Of a stretch of 64,000 bases of DNA, positions 1-11,564 are shown piece by piece (the first letter of the stretch is position 1; each line of letters begins with the position of its first letter). The position numbers and the translations under genes were made by a program. The DNA is from Octopus sinensis (taxonomy: Eukaryota). The stretch covers positions 1-64,000 of the forward strand of contig NW_021836130.1 of the NCBI RefSeq assembly GCF_006345805.1, written 5' to 3'. The notes under the pieces are model-generated. The model searched no databases, was not told the DNA's origin, and saw only the letters and a program-made list of their open reading frames with translations.

Positions 1-670
1 ACAATTGGTTATCCGCCCGACGTCATCATAACAAGATGGGGTATTGGCTTCAAGCATCATACTCTTATGCAATAATTTTGTATCAATTTCTTGACATTGT
101 GGAGAATTTCAAAGACGACGGAATATTTTTTAGTAAAAAAGTAAAACAAGCAATTGAATCGCCACCTACGAAAAAGTCTAATGGAAATATTGAAATTATC
201 AGATACTTAATCAAATATTGACAAAAATGGAATCCACAAGTTTAACAATAAATGATGCACATTCAGATCTTTGTTTGTTAAAATTTCCGTCTGATAAATG
301 CAGAAATAAATGAATACATACAAAAAAGATTACACAAAAATGACATAGAATCAATTATAGAAATGGAGAAAATATATCTCCCCTGAAGAATGGGACAATA
401 AGAAATGTCAGTGTACTCATCACAACCGTTGAAAGAGCATTTCTATGCTTAAAAAATTAATTACTAAGATAGAGGTTTCAATGCGGAAAAGGTCCAAAAA
501 TTATTTAATACCTTACTATACACAATATTTTTTACGACTTTTTGATTTATACCTTATTAAAATGTGCCTAAAAATGTAGAATAAAGTCTAAAATTAAAAA
601 TAAAGTCCTAAAATGCCTTTTTAAGGTCCTAAATAAATTTTTAAGTGCCTGAAAAAAAAATTGCCCTAAT
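1..670 (+). mobile_element. Degenerate hAT-superfamily DNA transposon remnant (CGGBP1-like type)
   Basis: Frameshifted translation gives PPDVIITRWG/YWLQA near 15-60 and ITTVERAF..LK near 415-450, resembling the hAT PxPxxTRWGxWL and dimerisation-domain (VERxFS) motifs. Multiple stops are present. Confidence 0.5.
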
Positions 671-760
671 GATGATTTATGTTTGTCGAATTACTGGAAA
701 CCTGTACAACTGGAATGTCAATATATTTCGCAGTAAAAGGGTTTTTTTGAAACAAGTGGA

Positions 761-3439
761 AACAATCAAAGGAGTGACAACATAAATTAATCAAAAAGGA
801 ATATTATGGTTTGAAAATCACAAATAAAATATGGCAATAAACAATCAAAAGGAGTTGACAACAATAAATTAATCAAAAAGGAATATTATGGTTTGAAAAT
901 AACAATAAATATGGCAATAAACAATCAAAAGGAGTTGACAACAATAATTAATCAAAAAGGAATATTATGGTTTGAAATAACGAATAAAATATGGCAATAA
1001 ACAATCAAAAGGAGTTGACAACATATTAATCAAAAGGAATATTATGGTTTGAAAATAACAAATAAAATATGGCAATAAACAATCAAAGGAGTTTGACAAA
1101 ACATAAATTAATCAAAAAGGAATATTATGGTTTGAAAATAACAAATAAAATATGGCAATAAACATCAAGGATTTGACAACAATACATTAATCAAAACGGA
1201 ATATTATGGTTTGAAAATAACGAAAAAAATAGGCAATAAACAATCAAAAGGAGTTGACAACAATAAATTACTCAAAAGGAATATTATGGGTTGAAAATAA
1301 CGATAAATATGGCAATAACAATCAAAAGGAGTTGACAACAATAAATTAATCAAAAAGGAATATTATGGTTTGAAAATAACTAATAAAATATGGCAATAAA
1401 CAATCAAAAGGAGTTGACAACATAAATTATCAAAGGAATATTATGGTTGAAAATACCAAATAAAATATGCAATAAACAATCAAAAGGAGTTGACAACAAT
1501 AAATTAATCAAAAAGGAATATTATGGTTTGAAAATAACGATAAAATATGGCAATAAACAATCAAAAGGAGTTGACAACATAAATTATCAAAAAGGAATAT
1601 TATGGTTTGAAAATAACAATAAAATATGGCAATAAACAATCAAAGGAGTTTACAACAATAAATTAATCAAAAAGGATATTATGGTTTGAAAATAACAAAT
1701 AAATATGGCAATAACAATCAAAATGAGTTGACAACAATAAATTAATCAAAAGGAATATTATGGTTTGAAAATAACGAATAAAATATGGCAATAACAATCA
1801 AAAGGAGTTGACAACAATAAATTAATCAAAAGGAATATTATGGTTTGAAAAATAACGAATAAAATATGGCAATAAACAATCAAAAGGAGTTGACAACAAT
1901 AAATTAATCAAAAGGAATATTATGGTTTGAAAATAACAAATAAAATATGGCAATAAACAATCAAAAGGAGTTGACAACAATAAATTAATCAAAAAGGAAT
2001 ATTATGGTTTGAAAATAACGAATAAAATATGGCGATAAACAATCAAAAGGAGTTGACCAACAATAAATTAATCAAAAGGAATATTATGGTTTGAAATAAC
2101 CAATAAAAATATGGCAATAAACAATCAAAAGGAGTTGACAACAATAAATTAATCAAAAAGAATATTATGGTTTGAAAATAACAAATAAAATATGGCAATA
2201 AACAATCAAAAGGAGTTGACAACAATAAATTAATCAAAAAGGAATATTATGGTTTGAAAATAAAATAAATATGGCAATAAACAATCAAAAGGAGTTGACA
2301 ACAATAAATAATCAAAAGGAATATTATGGTTTGAAAATACGAATAATATGGCAATAAACAATCAAAAGGAGTTGACAACAATAAAATAATCAAAAAGGAA
2401 TATTATGGTTTGAAAATAACAAATAAAATATGGCAATAACAATCAAAAGGAGTTGACAACAATAAATTAATCAGAAAGGAATATCATGGTTCGAAAATAA
2501 CGAATAAAATATGGCAATAAACAATCAAAAGGAGTTGACAACAATAAATTAATCAAAAAGGAATATAATGGTTCGAAAATAACGAATAAAATATGGCAAT
2601 AAACAATCAAAAAGAGTTGACAACAATAAATTAATCAAAAAGGAATATAATGGTTCGAAAATAACGAATAAAATATGGCAATAAACAATCAAAAGGAGTT
2701 GACAACAATAAATTAATCAAAAAGGAATATTATGGTTTGAAAATAACGAATAAAATATGGCAATAAACAATCAAAAGGAGTTGACAACAATAAATTAATC
2801 AAAAAGGAATATTATGGTTTGAAAATAACGAATAAAATATGGCAATAAACAATCAAAAGGAGTTGACAACAATAAATTAATCAAAAAGGAATATTATGGT
2901 TTGAAAATAACGAATAAAATATGGCAATAAACAATCAAAGGAGTTGACAACAATAAATTAATCAAAAAGGAATATTATGGTTTGAAAATAACGAATAAAA
3001 TATGGCAATAAACAATCAAAAGGAGTTGACAACAATAAATTAATCAAAAAGGAATATTATGGTTTGAAAATAACAAATAAAATATGGCAATAAACAATCA
3101 AAAGGAGTTGACAACAATAAATTAATCAAAAAGGAATATTATGGTTTGAAAATAACGAATAAAATATGGCGATAAACAATCAAAAGGAGTTGACAACAAT
3201 AAATTAATCAAAAAGGAATATTATGGTTTGAAAATAACAAATAAAATATGGCAATAAACAATCAAAAGGAGTTGACAACAATAAATTAATCAAAAAAGAA
3301 TATTATGGTTTGAAAATAACAAATAAAATATGGCAATAAACAATCAAAAGGAGTTGACAACAATAAATTAATCAAAAAGGAATATTATGGTTTGAAAATA
3401 ACAAATAAAATATGGCAATAAACAATCAAAAGGAGTTGA
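761..3439. repeat. 82-bp tandem satellite, ~32-33 units
   Basis: Unit aaaatatggcaataaacaatcaaaaggagttgacaacaataaattaatcaaaaaggaatattatggtttgaaaataac(g/a)aat. Period of 82 measured between 2991 and 3073. Left units are indel-noisy; 2450-3439 is near-homogeneous. Confidence 0.98.
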
Positions 3440-3475
3440 GAAATCCATCCTTTTTGGTTGAGATAATACTGAGGG

Positions 3476-4249
3476 ATGTCTGATATCAACAAGAATATTA
3501 CAGAACGACCGTTGCACGAAGAAGCCAATGAGATCAAAGACGCCATTGTGAAAAGCCAGAGAAAACGATCCGAGATCACTCTCCCACCGTTCATCAGCCT
3601 TTCAAATGAATATGCCACTTGTCATCCCATGATGACCGAAGAATGGATCGACTATGTGCCCGACACCTTTTTCGTTGGGCCAATTATTACGAGAATTCAT
3701 TCCGTCATAATGAGCATTGTACCCCACCAGCATTTTGCAGATCTCACCTTAACTACCTGTCAACTCTACGTTGCACACTTAGTGATGTTCCTGATCCTAC
3801 AGGCTCATCAGAACCACGTGTTTGACCCAGAGATCCAACAGGTCTTAGATTCTTATCGTAGCTTAAACGTCAGCAATCTTCCATTTCCGGATTATTATCT
3901 AGAATGGAAAAACGCAATTGGTGATGTCAAAGTTGCGAAAGAGAGCCTTCTCCTTCGTTTGCAATTGCCGAAAATCGAGAGATCTGGTCCTGTGTACAAC
4001 GAGTATTTCCGGCACTCTTCAGTGGCAAATTTACTCCCTAACTTCCGATCAATTTTAGTGAAGGCGTATCTAATGTCTGATCTTCACTCTATTCAGAGGA
4101 ATGATCGCTATTTAGAACGTTACCGCGACACAAGCCGTCTTTCCGAAAACGTTTTATTCTGTAACACTTTAGCGCGAGCGAACGACGCTCTGCTCCAGTC
4201 CTCATCTGAGAGCCTCAGAGTTGGTAGTCGGACGAATTGGCAACGTTGA
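3476..4249 (+). CDS. Partitivirus (alphapartitivirus-like) capsid-protein-like ORF, 257 aa; endogenous viral element, probably 3' truncated
   Basis: Intronless ORF in a genome full of tiny introns. The motif order YVPD-x32-QLYxxxLxxxxIL ... RSLxxxxLPxP ... LLPN matches the pattern I recall for alphapartitivirus coat proteins. No database search was run. Confidence 0.7.
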   Translation: MSDINKNITERPLHEEANEIKDAIVKSQRKRSEITLPPFISLSNEYATCHPMMTEEWIDYVPDTFFVGPIITRIHSVIMSIVPHQHFADLTLTTCQLYVAHLVMFLILQAHQNHVFDPEIQQVLDSYRSLNVSNLPFPDYYLEWKNAIGDVKVAKESLLLRLQLPKIERSGPVYNEYFRHSSVANLLPNFRSILVKAYLMSDLHSIQRNDRYLERYRDTSRLSENVLFCNTLARANDALLQSSSESLRVGSRTNWQR

Positions 4250-4339
4250 TCCAAAGTTTCCTGTTAAAACCAGATTCAAGGAATCCATATCTACGATTCA
4301 ATGTGTAATCAGATCATGGAATATGCCTGCCAGGGAGAC

Positions 4340-4939
4340 TCTCAGGAGGCATTCTTATCAGCGCTGGTCTACACCCGCTCTCCTGCCGCAAATGCCCTGG
4401 GAGGTTCCCCAGGCACGCACAGCTTAATTCCATAATAAAGCGTCTGCTCGAGACAACCGGCATCCCGTGCCAACTGGAGCCCTCTGGCCTTAACAGGGGC
4501 GATGGCAAGAGGCCGGACGGCGTCTCGCTCTTCCCGTTCAAGTGCGGCAAAGCGATCGTCTGGGACGCGACATGCTCTGACACTTTTGCGTCAACATGCC
4601 TTCTCGCGTCCGCGATCGAAGCTGGCACAGCGGCGAGGAGGGCAGAGACCCGGAAGAAAGACAAGTACGCCTCGCTCGCCGACAGATTCCTCTTTGTGTC
4701 TGTTTCAGTCGAAACATCAGACACATTCGGCCCAGCCACGCTACGTTTTCTCACCGAGAGAGGCAGCCACCTCGGGAGGATTAGAAACGACCCCCGCGAG
4801 GTCAATCGGCTTTTTGAGCGCGTCTCAATTGCCGTACTCAGGGGGAACAGTTTCTCTATTCTCTCTGCGGCTAGTAGCTGACTTCCTGTTCCATTTTCTT
4901 TACTATTTGTTAATAATAATTAGTTCTTTGAAAAAAAAA
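4340..4939 (+). mobile_element. 3' end of a CRE-clade non-LTR retrotransposon (Zn-knuckle remnant plus restriction-like endonuclease) with poly(A) tail
   Basis: Open frame GLHPLSCRKCPGRFPRHAQLN...EPSGLNRGDGKRPDGVSLFPFKCGKAIVWDATCSDTF...VETS...ERVSIAVLRGN, stop at 4879-4881, A9 at 4931-4939. Homologous to 50309-51359. Confidence 0.92.
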
Positions 4940-5044
4940 TATGGCAATAAACAATCAAAAGGAGTTGACCACAATAAATTAATCAAAAAGAAATATTATG
5001 GTTTGAAAATAAAAAATAAAATATGGCAATAAACAATCAAAAGG
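4940..5044. repeat. Terminal ~1.3 units of the 82-bp satellite
   Basis: Resumes at tatggcaataaacaatcaaaaggagttga directly after the poly(A). Confidence 0.95.
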
Positions 5045-6632
5045 TTAAAAGATTAAAGTTTAAAAAAGCTTAAAAGATTTAAAAGAAATTGAAGATTTTA
5101 AAGAAAAATAGTTCAATCTCCCCGTCATAAATAAAAGTGTGTAATGAAGAATAAAAATTTTCATTAAAAATAAGATAAAATTCAATTTTCAAAATTTCGA
5201 AATAAGTAGAATATACAGATTGAAGGAATAAACTTACAAATATTACAAAATGATGAAATTTCAGATAATTTAACCATTAAAAGAAACTACATCGAGAAAT
5301 ATCCCTTCTGAATCCAATTAAATAAAAAAATTATGATCTACCAAATAATGTAACAAAACAAAAAGGTATGCCAAACGCGTGGTTACACGTGGCATAATTT
5401 ATTAGGTTTTTTATTAATAATTGGATAACCAAAAATTAAGAAATTTATTAATAAAAACGAACATTATTTTAATTAAAAACAATTCTACCTAGTAGCTTAT
5501 AAAGAGTGTAAATATTAAAGCGCATATCTCAGTGATTCTCCAGATAGCTGAAATAAGGATACAAAGAAGTGCGATCAAGATTGTTGAGGTGTCAAAAGTC
5601 GTGTTTAGTTATCTACAAATTCTCATAAACCAACTGTACTCTCAAAAATGACAGTGAATGCATTTTAGAGGTCAAAATGGATTTTTAAAGTATTTTATTA
5701 AACGGAAACAGCAGTGTTGTCAAAATCCTTGCAAACATGGTTGATCGACAGCTAAGGTGAAAACTCCACTACGCTCCTCGACTTGCCTGCCTTTAACGGA
5801 CACAAGGAAGAGTAAAATTTCTCATTGAGAATAACGCAGTCATCGAAGCCAGGTTGCATATTTGCATGAACACAGAAACTAATTTTTATGGACACCTCTC
5901 GACTGTGCGGCAACAAATGGCAATGTATGTCGAATATTGCTTAATGATGACACCCCCAATTGTTGCAAAGGATCGTGCAAATTTTAAATTTTATTTATTG
6001 TGTTTATGATATTAACCTTATTCTTATATAAACGGATAATGGAGAATTAGACATAACAAAAACAAATGAGCAGCAAAATTTTAGTCATTCTTATCTTTTA
6101 TATTTTGATCATTTTCATCTTCAATGTTTCCGCAATTTTCCATTTCTTCTATTGTATCATTTTCAGCATATTTATATGCAACAAAATCTTCAATATCCAA
6201 CAGATTAAAAATACAGTGCTGGTGGTAAAATGGACTCTATTCTTTGACCATTTGAAGAGAGAATGGAAAACTGAAGGAAAAAATAATCTTATGAATGCCA
6301 AAATGCACTAAAAATACCCTTTCTTGCTATAAAATATTTGTTACTACCAAAACTAACTTTTGACAAAACTAAGAGGCTTATATAAAAATAATGCCGTCTC
6401 TAGAATCATTCGAAAATTTATATTGGAAACAGACATTATCTATACGTGTCTGTTTTGCTTACTTCTTGATTCTCTAATTTAGAAAGCTGTTTGATTTGAT
6501 CACTATTTCTACTCAATGTATTGCCTCAGAATTTAAAACAAGTCCTCAGTGTCTCCCACCTAATGAATTTCCTACAACTCCACAAATAAATCCCTTTCAT
6601 TCTCCCCTCTACTTTCAGACAAAATAAATTAA

Positions 6633-9007
6633 TCAGTGTGGAGTATTTAGTTCATTAACCAAGACACTCCGATAGGCGTCAAACCCCTCAGAAATAATAC
6701 TGACTTGGCCCCCATGCACATGCCACAAATCAGTGCACACAGAATTAAGCAAATGTCCCTCGTGGGAGACGAGGACAATCCCCCCCTTATAGGCCAATAT
6801 TGCCTTTGCCAACGCGTCCACTGACTCCACGTCCAAATGGTTTGTCGGCTCGTCCAAAACAATAAAATTTGGACTACAAATTATTATAAAACAAACTTCT
6901 TTAAACACAAAGCAGCAAAGGCCACTCTGCTCTTCTGTCCTCCACTCAACGTTTTAATCGACTTGACCCCCATCTTGCCAGATATCCCAAAACACCCCAA
7001 CTTTGACCGATAAGTCTCCACAGATTGGCCTACAATGCCCAATCAGCCTCACCAGGACAACAGGAGTGCATCAATTCGACAGGAGTCAAAGAATAATCCA
7101 ACTGATCCACGTGATGTTGACTGAAATACCCAATTCGGAGACCGTGATTCACCACCAGGGTCCCCGAACTGGGTTTGAGTTGTCCAATTATTAGTTTGAG
7201 GAGAGTGGACTTGCCCGATCCATTATCCCCCACCTACATCTCTCACTACTCTCCTTACTATGCAGATTCGACTAGTCATGGATATTGACACTGAAAGGTG
7301 CTCGAATATGGGTTTGTTGGGGTAGGAGAAACACACGTTGTTGAATTCCACCACCGTCAGCTCGGAGGGGGGGACCACTGGGAACTTGAATACCACCGGA
7401 GACTCCTTCTCGACTGGGGACACAAATGACATTTTTTGCAACATTTTTATCTTGCTTTGCACTAAGGATGCTCTTTTGGCATTATAACGAAATCGATCGA
7501 TAAATTCCTACTAAATTTTGGCGCCATTTTTAAACTTGAGTGGTTTTCCGAAGTGCTTGTTGTGACTCAAATTCTTTTTGCTGGTTAACCAAATCTCTTT
7601 CCCGCGTTTTCGTGAATGTTTCATAATCACCCTTGTAGTGAACCAGCTTCAAGTCCTTCATCAAATAAATGTCAGTGGCCACGTTGTTCAGGAACGTTCT
7701 GTCGTGGGAAATGACCAAAAGAGTGCAAGTCCATGTCTTCAAGTACTCCTCCAGCCAAACCACAGCCCTCAAGTCCAGCATATTCGTGGGCTCGTCCAGC
7801 AATAACAGTCCTGGCCTGAGAATATCCCACCAAGCATTTACTTGACAAACAGAGCTCTCGCCAAGGCAATTCTCATCCTCCAACCACCAGAAAACTCCCT
7901 TGTGGGTCTTTTTTGATCCACGTGACTGAAACCCAGGCCAGAGAGGATTGAGGCTGCCCGGGCTGGGGCTGTATGTGCTCCAATGGCCTCCAATTCTGCA
8001 GCCACTCTACTCATTTCAAGGTAGGAGGAGGTGTTTTCCAGTTTGACTTGCTGTTCTAACAGATTTGACCTCTCCGTGTCAGCAGAGAGCACACAGTCGA
8101 TCACTCTGCTGTTGTCCCCTGAGACTTCCTGCTCGACATGCAGCATTGACACATCACCAGAAAATTGTAAATCTCGTCTATAAATATATTTAATTATTTA
8201 TATTAATTTAAATATAAATAAATTGTATTTAAAATATGTTCTTGTGTGACCACGTTTAATTAATACATTGCAATGGCCTTCATTAGAGTAGTCTTCCCCA
8301 CACCATTCCTCCCAACCAGTCCATATCTCCTTCCCTGACAAAGAATAAGCGAACTGCCCAGCAAAAGTGTACTAAACTAACATAAACATCAAACTTGCTT
8401 CCATAGTAGAGATCAAAGTTAGTAATCAATATATCTTTCCCGCCACTTTCCAAATGGTCTTGTTGGACCACCGTCGGTGTCTCTTCCGCAGTCCGATCTG
8501 CCCGAAGTTGTTTGGACAGTTCCTCAAAGTCTCTCTCGTTTACTTTTTTTTCGTTTTTTTTATTGATAGAATTCAACTTTCGGTTGTCGAATGCCTAGGG
8601 TGACAGGTTGGGTATAAACGAGCATTCTGTCCTGGAATTTGGTTTCCCGCTCAATTCTATCCTCCTCCATGGCGTCCTTAATGCATTCTGGTGTGGCCAG
8701 TAGTTGTATTTCTGCCTCCTTTATTTGTCCAAAACTGGCGGGAATTAATGGCGGGAAAACTTTGATAGAGATTGGAAGAGTATTTGTGATAGATTTTGTA
8801 TTTTGTCTTGTTTTAAGTAATCTTGAATAAAAGGGAGAATTGTCTCGGATAGTGACTGAGAGTCCGTTATCTCCTGACGAGAATCAATGAGGAGACCTTG
8901 GGGATGTCAGTTATAAGAGTACTCGATATATATTCGAGAGTAGTGTCATCCAAGTCGGGGATCTCTGCCCTTAACGTGGACTCCAATACACCCACATCAT
9001 CATTCAT
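6633..9007 (-). CDS. ABCF3: ABC-F family ATPase (ABCF3/GCN20), multi-exon
   Basis: N-terminus [28 protein letters not shown]; Walker [17 protein letters not shown]; signature [16 protein letters not shown]; [12 protein letters not shown]; second NBD [11 protein letters not shown] and LDEPTNHLD. Includes a 23-nt intron at 8372-8394. Confidence 0.93.
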
Positions 9008-9083
9008 GCAACTTTTATTTCAAATAATTTATTATAATTTACTAATAAATAAAAACTAAACAAAAATCCTCATTAATAAATAA

Positions 9084-9710
9084 TCAAATAAGTTTTTTGG
9101 CCAAGAAGAAACCCTTAAGATGCCAGGTCATAAAGAAGAAGGAAATGACCACAACCACAGCAAAGAAGAACATGAGCATAAGAATAAGGGAATGAATCCT
9201 CTTAGTGGCCATCACGTACCGCCCTTCCCGATACTACCATAAGACCCCCCCCTTACCTTCAATTCGTCCTGCTCTTGAATGATCTCCAGGAGACTGTCCA
9301 CCACTCGCCGAGCCCTCAACTCCAATTTTGTGTATTTCTCAAATTCTTTTAATTCTCCGTAGTTCATGGCGTTTTCACCGTGGTGGAATTTTAGGTCCAC
9401 TTCCTGGAGGTTAACCACACTAAAAAACCTTGGAGACATTCAGTCTCAAACAAATCACGTATTCTCCCGCCAAATGTGTTTTAAATGTGAATTTCCCCTT
9501 GTTGCCGTATTCTCTGTCGAGGACGACTTCCTCTCGGGGATCTGACACGGTTACTTCGAACGAGACGGGTTCCGGTGATTCCACGGAATATATTCCGGCT
9601 GCCAACATTTTTTCTGGTAGGTCTTCTATGAAACATTTTTCCCGCCCATCCTGGAATTGCATTTTAATTGAATTTGAGTCAAAAACAAGCACCAAAACAA
9701 ACAACCACAT
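9084..9710 (-). CDS. TMED9: p24/TMED cargo receptor, TMED9/4-like
   Basis: Signal peptide, GOLD domain (REKCFIEDLP...GKFTFKTHLAGEYVICL) and C-terminus RHLKGFFLAKKLI*. Confidence 0.85.
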
Positions 9711-9792
9711 CAACACGTTTACGTGTATATTATTAATTAATATTTATTAGTAATTAAATAATAATCCTTAATTATAATTAATTAAAATTAAA

Positions 9793-10297
9793 TTAATCAA
9801 CTGCATTAAATGCGATCATCTTCTTAAGCACTTGTGCCTGACTGGTCTCTCTAATAACCCCCCCAAGAAACATCTCATCCAAAATAAAATAAACCTGCCA
9901 ACCTAACCCCCCCAAAAAACCTTAAAAAAGTTGAAAACAATGTCCAATTCACACACATTCTTGAAATATGTGTTCAAAACCTCCACAAAGTTATGAATTG
10001 CCTCAATATAGAGCAGATTGTTCTCCTCCAAGTCCACACAGAGGATGATATAGAGTCCTGCATATCGTCTGTATATCAATTTGTCTCCTCTGAACTGAGG
10101 AATGACAGGAGGGGGGTACGGGGATGAAGTTTATGTGGTTGCTTGGCCGGACTGAGACACAAATGTGGGCCTCTTCGATCAGTTTCTGCTTCTCTTCTTC
10201 GTCGTAAAAATTGAACCACCTCCCAAGACGTGTTTTTCCCGCCCGATTTTGAATTAGAAAAAATTTAATCTAAATTTAAATATCCCACATCAACCAT
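9793..10297 (-). CDS. AP2S1: AP-2 complex sigma subunit
   Basis: M|[15 protein letters not shown]...YRRYAGLY...[26 protein letters not shown]...[14 protein letters not shown]. Introns at 10270-10294 (25 nt), 10095-10119 (25 nt) and 9895-9920 (26 nt). Confidence 0.96.
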
Positions 10298-10348
10298 TAA
10301 TAATAATTACACAAAAATATTTATTAATTAAATATTTAATAAAAATAA

Positions 10349-10825
10349 TTATAAATCATCTTCAAATGTAAATTTATTTTCAACACGAGCCCTCATTTTA
10401 CTACCAGGATTGAGCACACTCATTCCCCTCTTTAGAGGACTCTCCTTTAAGGTCTCTGCCTTGTTTGGGGTTCCTATACTTCTCCGATCCCTGCACTCCT
10501 GGGCAGATATTTTGGAGGCCATTTCGAATAGGAGGACAGAGAGGAGGGACTCTTTGATCTCTATATCCTTGACAATCCACAATTGGAATTGTTGTGGGTG
10601 TCCTGAGAGAGTGACTTTGAAGGATGTTTGTGTGTTGGATAGGAGGCATAGGGACAGAGGGGTTTTCCTGATTTGTTTATTTATTGGAATGGGGTCAGAA
10701 AGCCATAGGTTTTTTATATTTGTTAATCCGATTGAGAAATTGTTGTTTTCTAGTTTAATAAATGAGGTGTATTTATAAGGGGGAATATGACTAGAAAATA
10801 TCACACAAGGTCTAACAACATCCAT
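10349..10825 (-). CDS. PAXX: PAXX-like NHEJ accessory protein, 158 aa, intronless
   Basis: Head-domain-like FSIGLTNIKNLW and C-terminal GMSVLNPGSKMRARVENKFTFEDDL, resembling the PAXX Ku-binding tail (GESLINPG...F). Confidence 0.6.
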   Translation of the reverse strand: MDVVRPCVIFSSHIPPYKYTSFIKLENNNFSIGLTNIKNLWLSDPIPINKQIRKTPLSLCLLSNTQTSFKVTLSGHPQQFQLWIVKDIEIKESLLSVLLFEMASKISAQECRDRRSIGTPNKAETLKESPLKRGMSVLNPGSKMRARVENKFTFEDDL

Positions 10826-11051
10826 TAAATATTTATTTATTTAAAAAAACATTTTTTACTATAAATTTTTAAATATTAATAAAGATATTCAATATACATT
10901 AAGATACTTTTAAAAAGAACTACATTTTGTTACTAATTTATAAATACAAAAAAACTAAGTATTTATAACTAATTAATATTTAAATATTTTAATAAATATA
11001 ATAATTTTATTAATTAATAAATACCACGTGTACTATTGTGTTCTAGTGACT

Positions 11052-11564
11052 ATGCAGATATTTGTCAAGACTCCCTCTCAAGGAACACTGTGCTGTAATG
11101 TAATGCTCAGTTAATCCATCTAATCTAGGTCTCGGAGACCGACCAGACTCGAACATTACTTGAACAAATTTCCATAAAGACAGGTTCCGCTTAATTCTCG
11201 AACATTTAAAGGAATTTCACTCAATGAGGTGTATATTAGCCACAAGGGTTCAACGTTGAGTGCAGATTGTTCGTTGGATTCGTATGGAATAAAGGATCTG
11301 TCAACCCTCCATCAATTTGTGCCCCTCCTGGGAGGAAAGAAGAAGAAAAAATCCAAAAAGCACACCACGCCAAAGAAGAGGAAACACAAAAGAAAGAAAG
11401 TCGTGATGGCTGCTCTGAAATACTACAAAGTCAACAACGACGGAGAAGTCACGTTGTTGAGAGATCGGTGCCCCAATCCTGAATGTGGGCCTGCATCCAT
11501 GATGGCCAAACACAAAAATAGGAGCACATGTGGGAAATGTACCAGGACAATCATGGCTAATTAG
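11052..11564 (+). CDS. RPS27A: Ribosomal protein eS31/S27a fused to a divergent ubiquitin-like leader
   Basis: Spliced via 11100-11128 and 11184-11211: MQIFVKTP...PLLGG-KKKKKSKKHTTPKKRKHKRKK...LKYYKV...CPNPECG...CGKC. Confidence 0.93.

Noticed and set aside
761-3439. CRISPR-like array or repeat-encoded protein
   Set aside because: There are no unique spacers and no cas genes, and the context is eukaryotic. The 82-bp unit is not a multiple of 3, so the short ORFs are incidental.
4314-5032. ORFs 4314-4805 (-) and 4502-5032 (+)
   Set aside because: These are antisense or alternative frames of the GC-rich CRE RLE region; the latter runs into the satellite.
8160-8340. Skew reset at the long AT-rich ABCF3 intron as an internal control
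   Set aside because: The left flank (8101-8160) is also C-rich (C21/G11), and the right flank encodes a Gly-rich P-loop, so the signal is confounded.
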